The notes below the pieces were generated by a model. That model ran no database searches, was not told where the DNA came from, and worked only from the letters and a program-made list of their open reading frames with translations. This document shows, in pieces, positions 19,530-32,535 of a DNA stretch of 64,000 nt (its first letter is position 1; each line of letters opens with the position of its first letter). Source of the stretch: Burkholderiales bacterium (lineage in GTDB: Bacteria > Pseudomonadota > Gammaproteobacteria > Burkholderiales > SG8-39); the NCBI GenBank assembly GCA_044870335.1, contig JBIOYV010000102.1, positions 2,477 through 66,476 on the forward strand, in the 5' to 3' direction. A program made the translations under genes and the position numbers.

Positions 19530-20066
19530 ATGCAAGAATTCCATGGCACTACCATTCTTTCCGTGCGCCGCGACGGCAAGGTCGCGCTCGGCGGCGACGG
19601 GCAGGTGACGCTGGGCAACGTCGTCGTCAAGGGCGGCGCGAAGAAGGTGCGCCGCCTCTACCAGGACCGCATCCTCGCCGGGTTCGCCGGCGGCACCGCG
19701 GACGCGTTCACGCTGTTCGAGCGCTTCGAGGCGAAGCTCGACAAGCACCAGGGCAACCTGATGCGCTCCGCGGTGGAGCTCGCCAAGGATTGGCGCACCG
19801 ACCGCATCCTGCGCCGCCTCGAGGCGATGCTCGCGGTCGCCGACCGCGAGCACTCGCTCATCATCACCGGGATGGGTGACGTGCTCGAGCCCGAGCAGGG
19901 CGTGCTCGCGATCGGCTCGGGCGGCCCCTATGCGCAGAGCGCGGCGAAGGCGCTGCTCGACAATACCGATCTCGGTCCGCGCGAGATCGTCGACAAGTCA
20001 TTGGCGATTGCGGCCGATTTGTGCATCTACACCAATCACCAGAGAACCATCGAGGTTCTGGAATGA
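19530..20066 (+). CDS. hslV: ATP-dependent protease subunit HslV
   Basis: [30 protein letters not shown]. Confidence 0.97.
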   Translation: MQEFHGTTILSVRRDGKVALGGDGQVTLGNVVVKGGAKKVRRLYQDRILAGFAGGTADAFTLFERFEAKLDKHQGNLMRSAVELAKDWRTDRILRRLEAMLAVADREHSLIITGMGDVLEPEQGVLAIGSGGPYAQSAAKALLDNTDLGPREIVDKSLAIAADLCIYTNHQRTIEVLE

Positions 20067-20088
20067 GTCCTTCTGCTTCGATTCCTCG

Positions 20089-20148
20089 AAAAACAGGGAC
20101 AGACCACGATTTCCTCCGGCCGGAAAAACGTGGTCTGTCCCTGATTTG
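20089..20148. repeat. REPIN-like doublet of the REP that flanks the RAYT remnant
   Basis: CAGGGACAGACCACG (20094-20108) and CGTGGTCTGTCCCTG (20129-20143); 20126-20148 is identical to 12640-12662. Confidence 0.9.
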
Positions 20149-20166
20149 TTGCATGAGGATCGTGCA

Positions 20167-21474
20167 ATGAGCGGCATGACGCCCCAGGAGATCGTGCATG
20201 AGCTCGACAAGTACATCGTCGGGCAGGCCAAGGCGAAGCGCGCGGTGGCGATCGCGCTGCGCAACCGCTGGCGCCGTCAGCAGGTCGCCGAGCCGTTGCG
20301 CCAGGAGATCACGCCCAAGAACATCCTGATGATCGGGCCCACGGGCGTGGGCAAGACCGAGATCGCGCGGCGCCTCGCCCGGCTTGCCGACGCGCCGTTC
20401 ATCAAGGTCGAGGCGACCAAGTTCACCGAGGTCGGCTACGTCGGGCGCGACGTCGACACGATCGTCAGGGACCTGGTCGAGATCAGCGTCAAGCAGACGC
20501 GCGAGCAGGCGGTCAAGCGCGTGCGCGCGCGCGCCGAGGACGCTGCCGAGGACCGCATCCTCGACGTGCTGGTGGGCTTCAAGGGCACCGAGGAGGAAAG
20601 CGCGACGCGCCAGAAGTTCAGGAAGAGGCTGCGCGAAGGCGAGCTCGACGACAAGGAAATCGACATCGAGGTGTCCGCGGCGCAGCCGCAGATGGAGATC
20701 CTCGCGCCGCCCGGCATGGAGGAGCTCACCTCGCAGATCCAGGGAATGCTCTCCAACCTCGGCGGCGGCCGCAAGCGGCTGCGGCGCATGAAGATCCGCG
20801 AGGCGATGCAGCTCATCGTCGAGGAAGAGGCGGGGCGCCTGGTGAACGACGACGAGCTCAAGACCCGGGCAGTGGCCAATGCGGAGCAGAACGGCATCGT
20901 GTTCCTGGACGAGATCGACAAGATCACGAGCCGCTCCGAAGTCCACGGCGCGGACGTGTCGCGCCAGGGCGTGCAGCGCGATCTGCTGCCGCTCGTGGAG
21001 GGCACGACCGTATCGACGCGCTACGGCATGGTGAAGACCGACCACGTCCTGTTCATCGCATCGGGTGCGTTCCATCTTGCCAAGCCCTCGGACCTGATCC
21101 CCGAGCTGCAGGGACGCTTTCCGATCCGCGTGGAGCTCGACTCGCTCTCGATCGACGACTTCGAGCGCATCCTGGTCTCCACCGACGCGAGCCAGGTCAA
21201 GCAGTACCAGGCGCTCCTCGGCACGGAAGGGGTCACGCTCGAGTTCCGCCCGGAAGCCATCCGGCGCCTCGCCGAAATCGCCTTCCAGGTGAACGAGTCC
21301 ACGGAGAACATCGGCGCCAGGCGCCTCTACACGGTGCTCGAGAAGCTGCTCGAGGAGATCTCGTTCGAGGCGGGCAAGCGCGGGCCCGGCACGATCGCGA
21401 TCGACGCGGCGTACGTCGACGCCCGGCTGGCTGAGCTGTCTAGGAACGAGGATCTGGCGCGCTTTGTTCTTTGA
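20167..21474 (+). CDS. hslU: ATP-dependent protease ATPase subunit HslU
   Basis: [32 protein letters not shown]. Confidence 0.98.
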   Translation: MSGMTPQEIVHELDKYIVGQAKAKRAVAIALRNRWRRQQVAEPLRQEITPKNILMIGPTGVGKTEIARRLARLADAPFIKVEATKFTEVGYVGRDVDTIVRDLVEISVKQTREQAVKRVRARAEDAAEDRILDVLVGFKGTEEESATRQKFRKRLREGELDDKEIDIEVSAAQPQMEILAPPGMEELTSQIQGMLSNLGGGRKRLRRMKIREAMQLIVEEEAGRLVNDDELKTRAVANAEQNGIVFLDEIDKITSRSEVHGADVSRQGVQRDLLPLVEGTTVSTRYGMVKTDHVLFIASGAFHLAKPSDLIPELQGRFPIRVELDSLSIDDFERILVSTDASQVKQYQALLGTEGVTLEFRPEAIRRLAEIAFQVNESTENIGARRLYTVLEKLLEEISFEAGKRGPGTIAIDAAYVDARLAELSRNEDLARFVL

Positions 21475-21619
21475 GGGCTTCCTCCAGGCAGCGCCTGCAG
21501 AGGCAGCCCAACCCGGCCACCGGGGTCAGCACCGGAAGGTCCTCGCACCAGCAGCCGGGCGCGTCGGCGCCGCAGCTGAAGGCCGCGCCGCAGCGCGCGC
21601 AGTTCTTATCGATCGGCAA
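21440..21619 (-). CDS. Cysteine-rich CWC family mini-protein (59 aa, not in ORF track)
   Basis: [47 protein letters not shown]; TTG start overlaps the upstream gene end. Confidence 0.8.
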   Translation of the reverse strand: MPIDKNCARCGAAFSCGADAPGCWCEDLPVLTPVAGLGCLCRRCLEEALKEQSAPDPRS

Positions 21620-21782
21620 GGCGCGAAAGGGCCCTGCGGAGGAAAGCCACCTGCTTGCTGAAGTTGGTGCAGCCGTCGCAAATAAGAAGATGCAGGCGCA
21701 GCGCCAGGCGCTCGGCGAGGCCGAGGCGGCGCTCGAGGCCCTGGGACACGAGGCGCGTGGCCTCCCTGCAAGTAAGGATCAT
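21606..21782 (-). CDS. zf-HC2 zinc-finger (anti-sigma-type) mini-protein (58 aa, not in ORF track)
   Basis: MILTCREATRLVSQGLERRLGLAERLALRLHLLICDGCTNF contains the HxxxCxxC motif. Confidence 0.85.
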   Translation of the reverse strand: MILTCREATRLVSQGLERRLGLAERLALRLHLLICDGCTNFSKQVAFLRRALSRLADR

Positions 21783-21840
21783 TTCCAGAGGGTGCGTCGG
21801 CCGCGGTTCGAGTTCCCTTACAGGAAGTTTACGCCGGGGT

Positions 21841-21868
21841 CTTGAAACCGCGCCCGGCGTCCCTATCT
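21841..21868 (+). promoter_or_regulatory. Sigma32 (RpoH)-type promoter of hsp20
   Basis: CTTGAAA-N13-CCCTATCT upstream of a small heat-shock gene. Confidence 0.75.
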
Positions 21869-21900
21869 CCTGGGCACAGACTCAGGAAAAGGAGACGCAA

Positions 21901-22353
21901 ATGGCAAACATCACCCGGTTCGACCCGCGCGGTGATTACTTCGGTGAGCTGGTCGACGATCTGTTCAAGGGCTTTCTGGTCCGTCCGTACAGCTTCGAAG
22001 CACGCGGCGACGCGGGCCTCGGACAGCTTCCGCGGGCGAAGGTCGACGTCGCCGAGAAGAACGGCGCCTACCTCGTTACCGCCGAGCTTCCCGGGGTGAA
22101 AAAGGAAGACATCCACGTAGCGATCGACGGCGCTCAGGTCACCCTCGAGGCCGAGGTCAAGCGCGAGAAGGAAGCGTCCAAGGACGAGCGCACCCTGCAC
22201 AGCGAGCGCGTCTACGGCAAGGTGGTGCGCAGCTTTACGCTCCCGCAGGAAGTCGACGAGTCCAAGGCGGAAGCCAAGTTCAAGGACGGCGTGCTGGAGC
22301 TGACGCTGCCCAAGAAGGCGGCCGCGCAGCGCAAGCAGGTCACGATCCAGTAA
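21901..22353 (+). CDS. Hsp20/alpha-crystallin small heat-shock protein
   Basis: AELPGVKKEDI, ERVYG, RSFTLP, DGVLELTLPK. Confidence 0.95.
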   Translation: MANITRFDPRGDYFGELVDDLFKGFLVRPYSFEARGDAGLGQLPRAKVDVAEKNGAYLVTAELPGVKKEDIHVAIDGAQVTLEAEVKREKEASKDERTLHSERVYGKVVRSFTLPQEVDESKAEAKFKDGVLELTLPKKAAAQRKQVTIQ

Positions 22354-22378
22354 GTCCGGCTCGGTCGTTAGCAGTTTG

Positions 22379-23323
<945 letters not shown>

Positions 23324-23324
<1 letters not shown>

Positions 23325-23986
23325 TGCGCATCGCCCGACTGGCGCCGTCGCGGCGCGTGTGGATCTTCGACCTGGACAACACGCTGCACGACGCGACCGC
23401 GCGCATCTTCCCCGCGATGCACGACCAGATCAACGCCTTCCTGCGGCGGGAGTTCGGCGTCGACGAGGCGGGCGCGAACCGCATGCGCGAGGAGTTCTGG
23501 CGGCGCTACGGCACCACGCTGAACGGCCTCATGCGCCATCACGGCATCCACCCGCGGCGCTTTCTCGCGGAGACGCACGTCTTCCCGGAACTCGGCGACC
23601 TGGTGGTGCACGAGAACGCGCTCAAGCACGCGCTCGCACGCCTCGGAGGGATGAAGCTCGTGTTTTCGAACGCGCCGCGGCACTACGTCGGGGGGGTGCT
23701 GCGCGCCATGGGGCTCGCGCGCTACTTCGACGCGGTCTATTCGATCGAGGATGCGCGCTATCGCGGCAAGCCCGCGCTGCACGGCTTTCGGATGCTGCTG
23801 CGCAAGCACAATCTCGATCCCCATCGCTGCGCGTTCATCGACGACATGCTCGAGAACCTGCGCACCGCCCACCGGCTGGGGATGTCCACGGTCTGGGTCA
23901 GCCGCGAGAACCGCCGAACGCCCTTCGTCGACCTGCGCGTCGCTTCGGTGCTCGAGCTGCCGCGCCTAGTCTTCCGTTACGGCTGA
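23324..23986 (+). CDS. HAD-family pyrimidine 5'-nucleotidase
   Basis: FDLDNTLH, YGTTL, FSNAP, KP, IDD. Confidence 0.88.
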
Positions 23987-24010
23987 GCATAGAATCCGCT
24001 GCGACCGCCC

Positions 24011-24565
24011 ATGCCCCGCGCCAAAGGCGAACGCAGGCTCGAAATCCTGAAGGCTCTCGCGCAGATGCTCGAGGCGCCGAAGTGGGAGCGCATCACCACC
24101 GCGGCGCTCGCCGGCCGCCTCGAGGTCTCCGAGGCCGCGCTCTATCGCCACTTTGCCTCCAAGGCGCAGATGTACGAGGGGCTGATCGAATTCATCGAGA
24201 GCTCGGTGTTCACGCTGGCGAACCGCATCACCCAGAGCGAGTCCGACGGCCTGCGCCAGGCGGCCGAGCTGGTCGAGATGCTGCTCGCGTTCGCGGAGAA
24301 GAATCCAGGCATGGTGCGCGTCATGACCGGCGACGCACTGGTAGGCGAGCACGAGCGCCTGCAGGTGCGCATGAACCAGTTCTTCGACCGCTTCGAGGCT
24401 ACCCTGAAGCAGGCGCTGCGCGTCGCTTCCGACGGCGACGCCGCGGGCCGGGCGGCGACGCTGCTGCGCTATTCGATCGGCTGCCTGCACCAGTACGCGA
24501 AAAGCGGCTTCGCCAGGAAGCCGATCGAGAGCTTCACCGCCCAGCGGCGCTACCTGCTCGCCTGA
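24011..24565 (+). CDS. slmA: Nucleoid occlusion factor SlmA (TetR family)
   Basis: ITTAALA, VSEAALYRHFASKAQMYEGLIEFIE. Confidence 0.9.
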   Translation: MPRAKGERRLEILKALAQMLEAPKWERITTAALAGRLEVSEAALYRHFASKAQMYEGLIEFIESSVFTLANRITQSESDGLRQAAELVEMLLAFAEKNPGMVRVMTGDALVGEHERLQVRMNQFFDRFEATLKQALRVASDGDAAGRAATLLRYSIGCLHQYAKSGFARKPIESFTAQRRYLLA

Positions 24566-24566
24566 T

Positions 24567-25309
24567 TTATTCGCCGCAGATCTTGCAGGATGGGTCGCGC
24601 TTGACGCGAATCGCGCGCCAGTCCGCCGTCTTCGCGTCGAACATCACCAGGCGCCCGCTCAGCGACTCGCCGGCGCCGGCGACGAGCTTGATCGCTTCCG
24701 CGGCCTGCATTGCGCCGACGACGCCGGTGAGGGGCGCGAACACGCCCATGACCGAGCACTGCACCTCCTCGACTTCTCCGTCCTCGGGGAAAAGGCAGGC
24801 GTAGCAGGGCGCGTCGTCGCGCCTCAGGTCGAACACCATCAGCTGGGCCTCGAAGCGGATCGCGGCGCCGGAGACCAGGGGTTTCGCATGCCCCACGCAG
24901 GCGCGGTTGAGCGCGTGCCGGGTGGGGAAGTTGTCGGAGCAGTCGAGCACCACGTCGGCCCGCGCCACCAGGGCGTCGAGGTCATCGGCGTCGACCCGTT
25001 TTTGCAGCCCCACCACATTCACTTCGGGATTGAGTCCCTGCAGGGAAGAACGGGCTGCGTCTACCTTCGCGTCGCCCACCGAGTCGGTGCGGTACAGAAT
25101 CTGCCGCTGAAGGTTGGTGAGGTCCACCCGGTCGGAATCCGCGAGCACCAGGCGGCCGATGCCTGCGGCGGCGAGGTAGAGCGCCGCGGGGCACCCGAGC
25201 CCGCCCGCCCCGACGACCAGCGCGGCGCCCGCACGCAGCCGCTCTTGCCCCTCGATCCCGATCTCGGGGAGGAGGATGTGGCGGCTGTAGCGAAGGAGCT
25301 GCTGGTCGT

Positions 25310-25313
<4 letters not shown>
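24567..25313 (-). CDS. moeB: MoeB/ThiF adenylyltransferase
   Basis: RYSRHILLPEIG, GAGGLG, NLQRQ, two CxxC motifs; likely CTG start overlapping the ctpA stop. Confidence 0.88.
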
Positions 25314-26746
<1,433 letters not shown>

Positions 26747-26761
26747 AAGATTCGGGTGGTT

Positions 26762-27880
26762 TCACTTGTTCAGCTTGACCCACCGCAGCGGGTCGAAGGC
26801 GCGGCCAAGATGCCGCATTTCAAAGTATAGCCCTGTTTCCTCATTGCCCCCGCTCGCCCCCGTGGTCGCGACAGCCTCTCCTGCCGTCACCGCATCGCCC
26901 ACTTGCTTGAGCAGCGACTCGTTGTTGGCGTAGATCGACAGATAGGCTTCACCGTGGTCCAGAATCAGCAGATTGCCGAAGCCCCTCATCCATTCTGCAT
27001 ACACCACCTGGCCCCCGGCAATAGCTCGAACTGGCTGCCCTTGGGGTGCGCGAATGAAGAGTCCCTTCGCTTCCGTCCCCGCCGCCCCTCTTGGAGCCCC
27101 GAACCGACCGGACAGTTCCCCGCGTACCGGCAAGCTAAGGCGGCCGCGCAGTTTGGAGAAGGGCTCTTTTCTCGCTTGCGCCGGCAGCAGCGCCGCAAGC
27201 TCTTCGACGAGGCGGGCCAGGCGCGCCGCGTCCGCTCGCAGTACCTTGATTTCCTTGCGACTCTTGCGAACCTCGCCGGCCACCTGGTCGAGCACCCTGC
27301 GCCGTTCTCGGCGCTCGGCGAGGAGTTTTTCACGATCGGCGCGGCTCGCCGTCTGCAGCGCATCGAGGCGCGCGCGCTTCGCCTGCGCCTCGCCCGCAAG
27401 GCGCCCAGCCTCCGCGAGCGTCGCGCGGTAGTCGGCCAGCAGCGCGGCCGAGGCGCGCGCGAGGTAGCCGACATAGTGGAGGCTGCGCGCCACCGCGGCG
27501 GGGTCTTCGCCGGAGAGCGCGACGCGCAGCGCGTCGGGCGCACGGTTCGCCTGCTGCGCGGCCACCATGCGGACTACCGCCTGCTCGCGCTCGGCGAGCG
27601 AGCGTTCCAGGACTGCGCGCCGCGCGGCGATCGCGGCCGCCTCGCCCCGCACTTTCTCTGCTTCCGCCCGAAGCTCGGTGAGCGCGCGATTTGCCGACGA
27701 GATCGCGCGTTCGGAGGCGCGCAGCGCATCGCGCGCCTCCTTGCGGACCTCCTCCTTCTTGTCGAGCTCCCGGGACAGCGCGTCGATGCGGCTGCGAAGC
27801 GCTTTCAGGTCTTCCTCTTTCGCGGCCGGCGATGCGGCGCCGGCCCATAGCGCAAGCGAAAGAAGAAGGATGCGCCTCAG
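26762..27880 (-). CDS. envC: Murein hydrolase activator EnvC (coiled coil plus M23-like domain)
   Basis: Signal peptide [15 protein letters not shown] from CTG 27880; coiled coil; GLYFEMRH. Confidence 0.85.
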   Translation of the reverse strand: MRRILLLSLALWAGAASPAAKEEDLKALRSRIDALSRELDKKEEVRKEARDALRASERAISSANRALTELRAEAEKVRGEAAAIAARRAVLERSLAEREQAVVRMVAAQQANRAPDALRVALSGEDPAAVARSLHYVGYLARASAALLADYRATLAEAGRLAGEAQAKRARLDALQTASRADREKLLAERRERRRVLDQVAGEVRKSRKEIKVLRADAARLARLVEELAALLPAQARKEPFSKLRGRLSLPVRGELSGRFGAPRGAAGTEAKGLFIRAPQGQPVRAIAGGQVVYAEWMRGFGNLLILDHGEAYLSIYANNESLLKQVGDAVTAGEAVATTGASGGNEETGLYFEMRHLGRAFDPLRWVKLNK

Positions 27881-28629
27881 GCCTTGGCCTTCCCCTGCGC
27901 CGACACGGCGGCGATGCGCTTCGCCACCTCGGCCTGGTCGCCGAGGTAGTAGTGGCGGACCGGCTTGAGGCCCTCGTCGAGCTCGTAGACCAGCGGGATC
28001 CCCGTCGGCACGTTCAGCCCCACGAGCTCGGCTTCGCCGACGTTGTCCAGATGCTTGATCAGCGCGCGCAGCGAGTTGCCGTGCGCGGCGATCAGCACGC
28101 GTTTTCCGGCGCGAATCGAGGGCGCGATCGCGTTGCTCCAGTACGGCAGCACGCGGGCCACCGTGTCCTTCAGCGACTCGCTGCGCGGCACCTCGATGCC
28201 GGCGTAGCGCGGGTCCTTGCCTTCGTAGCGATCATCGTCTTCGGACAGCGGGGGCGGCGGGATGTCGTAGCTCCGGCGCCAGACGAGCACCTGCTTCTCG
28301 CCATGCTTGGCGGCCATCTCGGCCTTGTTCAGGCCCTGCAGCGCGCCGTAGTGGCGCTCGTTCAGGCGCCAGTGCTTCTCCTCGGGAAGCCACATCTGGT
28401 CGAGCTCGTCGAGCGCGATCCAAAGCGTGCGGATGGCGCGCTTGAGCACCGAGGTGTAGGCGAGATCGAAGCGGTAGCCCTCGGTCCTGAGGAGGCGTCC
28501 GGCGTCGCGCGCCTCTTCGATACCCTTGGGCGAGAGGTCCACGTCGACCCAGCCGGTGAAGCGGTTCTCGCGGTTCCACTGCGACTCGCCGTGCCGCAGC
28601 AGGATGAGCTGGTGCGCGGAACGTGACAT
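27877..28629 (-). CDS. gpmA: 2,3-BPG-dependent phosphoglycerate mutase
   Basis: [28 protein letters not shown]. Confidence 0.97.
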   Translation of the reverse strand: MSRSAHQLILLRHGESQWNRENRFTGWVDVDLSPKGIEEARDAGRLLRTEGYRFDLAYTSVLKRAIRTLWIALDELDQMWLPEEKHWRLNERHYGALQGLNKAEMAAKHGEKQVLVWRRSYDIPPPPLSEDDDRYEGKDPRYAGIEVPRSESLKDTVARVLPYWSNAIAPSIRAGKRVLIAAHGNSLRALIKHLDNVGEAELVGLNVPTGIPLVYELDEGLKPVRHYYLGDQAEVAKRIAAVSAQGKAKA

Positions 28630-28635
28630 CGCTCA

Positions 28636-28643
28636 ATTATAAT
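28636..28643. promoter_or_regulatory. Palindromic -10 element (ATTATAAT), putative bidirectional promoter
   Basis: TATAAT on both strands in the 23-bp gap between divergent gpmA and rhodanese starts. Confidence 0.6.
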
Positions 28644-28652
28644 GATCCGTTC

Positions 28653-29087
28653 GTGGAACCTTCCCTGCTGGAATTCCTGAAGAAGGACAGCAACGGCCTG
28701 CTCGCCGCGGTCGCGGCGGTGTCGGGCGCGATGCTGCTGTGGCCGTACGTGCGCCGCTTCGGCGGCGGCCCCGCCATCAGCGCCGCGCAGGCCACGCAGC
28801 TCATCAACCGAGAGGATGCGCTCGTCGTCGACGTGCGCGAGCCGGGCGAGTACGGCAGCGGGCATATCCTCGGCGCCAAGAACGTGCCGCTCTCGCGCAT
28901 CGCCGCCGTCGGCTCGGAAATTGCTCCCAAGCGCAAGGACAAGCCGGTGATCGTCTACTGCGACGACGGCAATCGCTCCGGCAAGGCGGCCGCCGCGCTC
29001 AGGGGCCAGGGCTTCGGCAAGGCGGTGAGCCTTTCGGGCGGGCTGGGCGCATGGCGCCAGGCCGGGCTGCCCCTGGAAAAAAAATGA
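28653..29087 (+). CDS. Rhodanese-like protein (YibN-type)
   Basis: VDVRE, GHILGA, VYC, GGLGAW; upstream of grxC-secB. Confidence 0.9.
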   Translation: MEPSLLEFLKKDSNGLLAAVAAVSGAMLLWPYVRRFGGGPAISAAQATQLINREDALVVDVREPGEYGSGHILGAKNVPLSRIAAVGSEIAPKRKDKPVIVYCDDGNRSGKAAAALRGQGFGKAVSLSGGLGAWRQAGLPLEKK

Positions 29088-29088
29088 C

Positions 29089-29346
29089 ATGGCGAAAGTC
29101 CTTATGTACCTGACCGCCTCGTGCCCGTTCTGCCAGTCAGCCGACCGGCTGTTGCAGCAGAAGGGCGTCGCGGTCGAAAAGATCCGCGTCGATCTCGAGC
29201 CCGCGCGGCGCGCCGAGATGATCCAGAAAAGCGGCCGCCGAACGGTGCCGCAGATCTGGATCAACGGTCTCCACGTCGGAGGCTGCGACGACCTCTATGC
29301 TCTCGAGCGCGCCGGCGAGCTCGACCCTCTCCTCAAGGCCGCCTGA
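29089..29346 (+). CDS. grxC: Glutaredoxin 3
   Basis: CPFC, TVPQI, GGCDDL. Confidence 0.93.
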   Translation: MAKVLMYLTASCPFCQSADRLLQQKGVAVEKIRVDLEPARRAEMIQKSGRRTVPQIWINGLHVGGCDDLYALERAGELDPLLKAA

Positions 29347-29837
29347 TGGCAGACCAAGCCCAGCCGCAACCGTCCTCGGACCAGCCGAGCTTCCAGATCG
29401 AAAAGGTGTACGTGAAGGACCTGTCGCTCGAGATCCCGCACGCGCCGCAGGTCTTCGTGCAGCAGGTGCAGCCGCAGCTCGAGGTCCAGATCCAGACCGG
29501 CTCGGCGCAGTTCGCCGACGGCTACTACGAATGCACGGTGACCGCCACGGTGACCGCCAAGACCGGCGAGCGGACGCTGTTCCTCGCCGAGGCGGTGCAG
29601 GCGGGCATCTTCTCGGTGCGCAACGTCCCCGCCCAGGAGCTCGATCCGCTCCTCGGCATCGGCTGCCCGACGATTCTCTTTCCGTACCTGCGGGAGAGCA
29701 TCTCGGACCTCATCACGCGCGGCGGCTTTCCGCCGGTGCTGCTCAACCCGGTGTCGTTCGAGGCGCTCTACCTGCAGCGCCGTGAGCAGGGCGGCGCGCA
29801 GCCCCCGGCCGAATCCAGGATCGAACTCGCCCGGTGA
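29346..29837 (+). CDS. secB: Protein-export chaperone SecB
   Basis: [23 protein letters not shown]. Confidence 0.95.
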   Translation: MADQAQPQPSSDQPSFQIEKVYVKDLSLEIPHAPQVFVQQVQPQLEVQIQTGSAQFADGYYECTVTATVTAKTGERTLFLAEAVQAGIFSVRNVPAQELDPLLGIGCPTILFPYLRESISDLITRGGFPPVLLNPVSFEALYLQRREQGGAQPPAESRIELAR

Positions 29838-30808
29838 CCCGCGTCGCCGTGCTCGGGGCCGGCGCCTGGGGCACCGCGATCGCTGCCGTTCTCTCGGCTC
29901 GGCTCGAGGTCGCGCTGTGGGCCCGCGACCCGGCCCAGGCCGCGACGCTCGCGAAAACGCGTTGCAACGAGCGCTACCTGCCCGCAGTTGCTTTGCCCGG
30001 GCAAGTAGAAATCCAGTCGGATCTTGTGCTTGCCCTGCAAGGCGCGGCGCTTGCGCTCGCCGCCACTCCGGTGGCCGGGCTGCGCGAGGTCTTGCCCAAG
30101 GTGAAGCTGCCCCTCGTCTGGCTGTGCAAAGGCTTCGAGGAAGGCACGGGCCTGCTGCCCCACGAGATTGCGGCGCAGACGATGGGCGCGAAGGCGCGCT
30201 GCGCGGCGCTGTCGGGACCGTCGTTCGCCGCCGAGGTGGCGCGCGGACTGCCTTGCGCGCTGACGCTCGCTTCGCAGGATGCTGCGTTTGCCCGCGAGAC
30301 TGCGGCGCTGCTGCACGGCGGCCGCATGCGCATTTACTACAGCACCGATCTCGTGGGCGTCGAGATCGGCGGCGCGGTGAAGAACGTCATGGCCATCGCC
30401 GCCGGCATTTCCGACGGCCTGGGGCTCGGGTTGAACGCGCGGGCGGCGCTCATCACGAGGGGCCTCGCCGAGATGGCCCGCCTCGGCGTCGCGCTCGGCG
30501 GCGCCGCCGAAACGCTCTTCGGCCTTGCGGGCGCCGGCGATCTCATCCTCACGGCGACGGGAGAGCTCTCGCGCAACCGCCGCGTCGGCCTGGAGCTTGC
30601 GCAGGGACGTCCATTGAAGGACATCCTCGTGCATCTCGGCCATGTCGCCGAGGGCGCGCGCTCCGCAAAGGAGGTCGCGCGGCTCGCCAAGGCGAAGGGC
30701 GTCGACATGCCGGTGAGCGACGCGGTCGGCGCGGTGCTCGACGGCAAGCTCACGCCGGCAAAGGCGGTCGAGCTGCTGCTTTCGCGCGACCCGAAAAAAG
30801 AGCGCTAG
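29834..30808 (+). CDS. gpsA: NAD(P)H-dependent glycerol-3-phosphate dehydrogenase
   Basis: GAGAWG, LSGPSFA, GAVKNV, GDLILT, SRNRR. Confidence 0.96.
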   Translation: MTRVAVLGAGAWGTAIAAVLSARLEVALWARDPAQAATLAKTRCNERYLPAVALPGQVEIQSDLVLALQGAALALAATPVAGLREVLPKVKLPLVWLCKGFEEGTGLLPHEIAAQTMGAKARCAALSGPSFAAEVARGLPCALTLASQDAAFARETAALLHGGRMRIYYSTDLVGVEIGGAVKNVMAIAAGISDGLGLGLNARAALITRGLAEMARLGVALGGAAETLFGLAGAGDLILTATGELSRNRRVGLELAQGRPLKDILVHLGHVAEGARSAKEVARLAKAKGVDMPVSDAVGAVLDGKLTPAKAVELLLSRDPKKER

Positions 30809-30810
30809 CG

Positions 30811-31419
30811 TCAAGCCCTGACGCCGCGGATTCCTTCGTAGAGGGCCATCAGCCGCGGAAGGTCGGCCTCGTAGTCGCCGCTGGTCTCGAATGGCGCAAA
30901 GAGCCTGATCGCACGGCGCTCGCCATCGAACGCGACTGGCAGGATCGGCGCGCGCGCCGCATGCGCGATGTGATAGAAGCCGCTGCGCCAGGGGCCGCCG
31001 CGGGTCCGGGTTCCCTCCGGGGCGATGGCGAGCACCACCGCGCGCTCGGCCTCGATCATCGTCACCGCTTGCGCGACCGCGCCCTGCGGCGCCTCGCGCA
31101 CCACGGGCGTGCCGCCGAACCAGCGCATCAGCCAGCCGAGGGGCGGATAGAAGAGGGTGTGCTTGCCGAGGAAGCGCACCGAGAGCCCGAGGGCGAACAC
31201 CGCCGAGATGCCGAGCACGAAGTCCCAGTTCGACGTATGCGGGGCGACGATCGCGACCAGCTTCGGCCGGTCGGGAAACTCCCCTTCGATGCGCCAGCCC
31301 ATGAGCGCGAGCGCAGAGCGACCGAGCCAGCGTGAAAAGCCGTTGCCCCGGCGCGGCAGCCTCGGCGGCAGCAGCGGAATCGAGCTCAGGCGCCTCCCCC
31401 GAACGCGAGCTGGCGCCAC
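30811..31419 (-). CDS. PlsC-like acyltransferase
   Basis: APHTSNWDF, APEGTR, GFYHIA; start either GTG 31419 or CTG 31389. Confidence 0.88.
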   Translation of the reverse strand: MAPARVRGRRLSSIPLLPPRLPRRGNGFSRWLGRSALALMGWRIEGEFPDRPKLVAIVAPHTSNWDFVLGISAVFALGLSVRFLGKHTLFYPPLGWLMRWFGGTPVVREAPQGAVAQAVTMIEAERAVVLAIAPEGTRTRGGPWRSGFYHIAHAARAPILPVAFDGERRAIRLFAPFETSGDYEADLPRLMALYEGIRGVRA

Positions 31420-31850
31420 GCTTCGAAGACCACCACGGCGACGGCGTTGGACAGATTGATGCTGCGGTTGCCAGGCCTCATGGGCAGCTTGAGCCTGTTC
31501 TCCAAAGGAAACTCCTCCAGTAACGCCAGCGAGAGGCCCCGGGTCTCGGCGCCGAAGACGAGGACGTCATCGGGCGCGTAACGGACGTCGGTGTAGAGAT
31601 TCGTACCCTTCGTGGTGAATGCGAAGATGCGCTTTGCGCCCAGAGCATCCTTGCAGGCATTCCAGCTACCGTGTGTTCGCACGTTCGCGAGCTCGTGGTA
31701 ATCCAGGCCGGCGCGCCTGAGGCTCCGGTCGTCCATCGAAAAGCCCAGCGGTTCGACGAGGTGAAGCCGGCAGCCGGTGTTCGCCGCGAGCCGGATGACG
31801 TTGCCGGCATTGGGCGGGATCTCGGGCTCCACGAGGACGATGTCGAACAT
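31386..31850 (-). CDS. trmL: tRNA (cytidine/uridine-2'-O)-methyltransferase TrmL
   Basis: PEIPPNAGN, RRAGLDY, FGAETRG, RSINLSN. Confidence 0.94.
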   Translation of the reverse strand: MFDIVLVEPEIPPNAGNVIRLAANTGCRLHLVEPLGFSMDDRSLRRAGLDYHELANVRTHGSWNACKDALGAKRIFAFTTKGTNLYTDVRYAPDDVLVFGAETRGLSLALLEEFPLENRLKLPMRPGNRSINLSNAVAVVVFEAWRQLAFGGGA

Positions 31851-32521
31851 CAGGCGGGCGGGAGCGTGCGCGCGACCACCCAGTTCACCACCCGGGCCGC
31901 CCCGGCGCGCTTCAGCGTCAGCGCGAGCTCGTCCAGGGTCGCGCCGGTGGTCATGACATCGTCGACCACCGCCACGGTCGCGCCGGCGAGCGCCCGCCTG
32001 CAGCCGAAAGCGCCGCGCACGTTGCGCCGGCGCTCGTCCCACGGCAGCTCGGTCTGCGGCACGGCGTCGGCGTGGCGCACGCACACGTCAACGTCGAGCT
32101 TGCCGCGCGCGAGATGCCGGGCGATCTCGACCGCCTGGTTGTAGCCGCGGCGGCGCAGCCTGGCGGTGGAAAGGGGCACTGGAATCACGCGGTCCACGCT
32201 CCAGCTCGCGATGCTCGCGGAAAGCAGGTCGGCCAGGACCGGCGCCAGGGCGAGCTCGCCCCGGAACTTGAGCGCATGCACCAGCGTGTCGGCCGGGAAG
32301 TCGTAGGCCAAGGCGGCGGTGGTGGCGTCGTACGCGGGCGGCTCGGACAGGCAGCGGCCGCAGACTGCGGCGCCGGGAGAAGGCAGCGCGCAGCGCGGGC
32401 AAAGCTCGTGTCCAAGACGGGGCAACTCTTCGCGGCAGGCCTCGCACAGGAGCTCCCGCGAAGCGCCGCGGCAGACGAAGCAGCTGCCGCCGAAAAGGAG
32501 CTTCGCGAGCAAATCGCGCAT
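31850..32521 (-). CDS. comF: ComF family phosphoribosyltransferase-like protein
   Basis: CxxC zinc motifs, RGYNQA, VDDVMTTGAT. Confidence 0.9.
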   Translation of the reverse strand: MRDLLAKLLFGGSCFVCRGASRELLCEACREELPRLGHELCPRCALPSPGAAVCGRCLSEPPAYDATTAALAYDFPADTLVHALKFRGELALAPVLADLLSASIASWSVDRVIPVPLSTARLRRRGYNQAVEIARHLARGKLDVDVCVRHADAVPQTELPWDERRRNVRGAFGCRRALAGATVAVVDDVMTTGATLDELALTLKRAGAARVVNWVVARTLPPA

Positions 32522-32535
32522 GCTATCTTTTCCTC

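Noticed and set aside
12145-20148. REP copies as ends of a composite element carrying the metal cluster
   Set aside because: The interval includes core genes cobW and hslV, and each locus is already a self-contained inverted pair
21471-21845. Plus-strand 124-aa ORF after hslU
   Set aside because: Antisense to two better-supported minus-strand mini-genes
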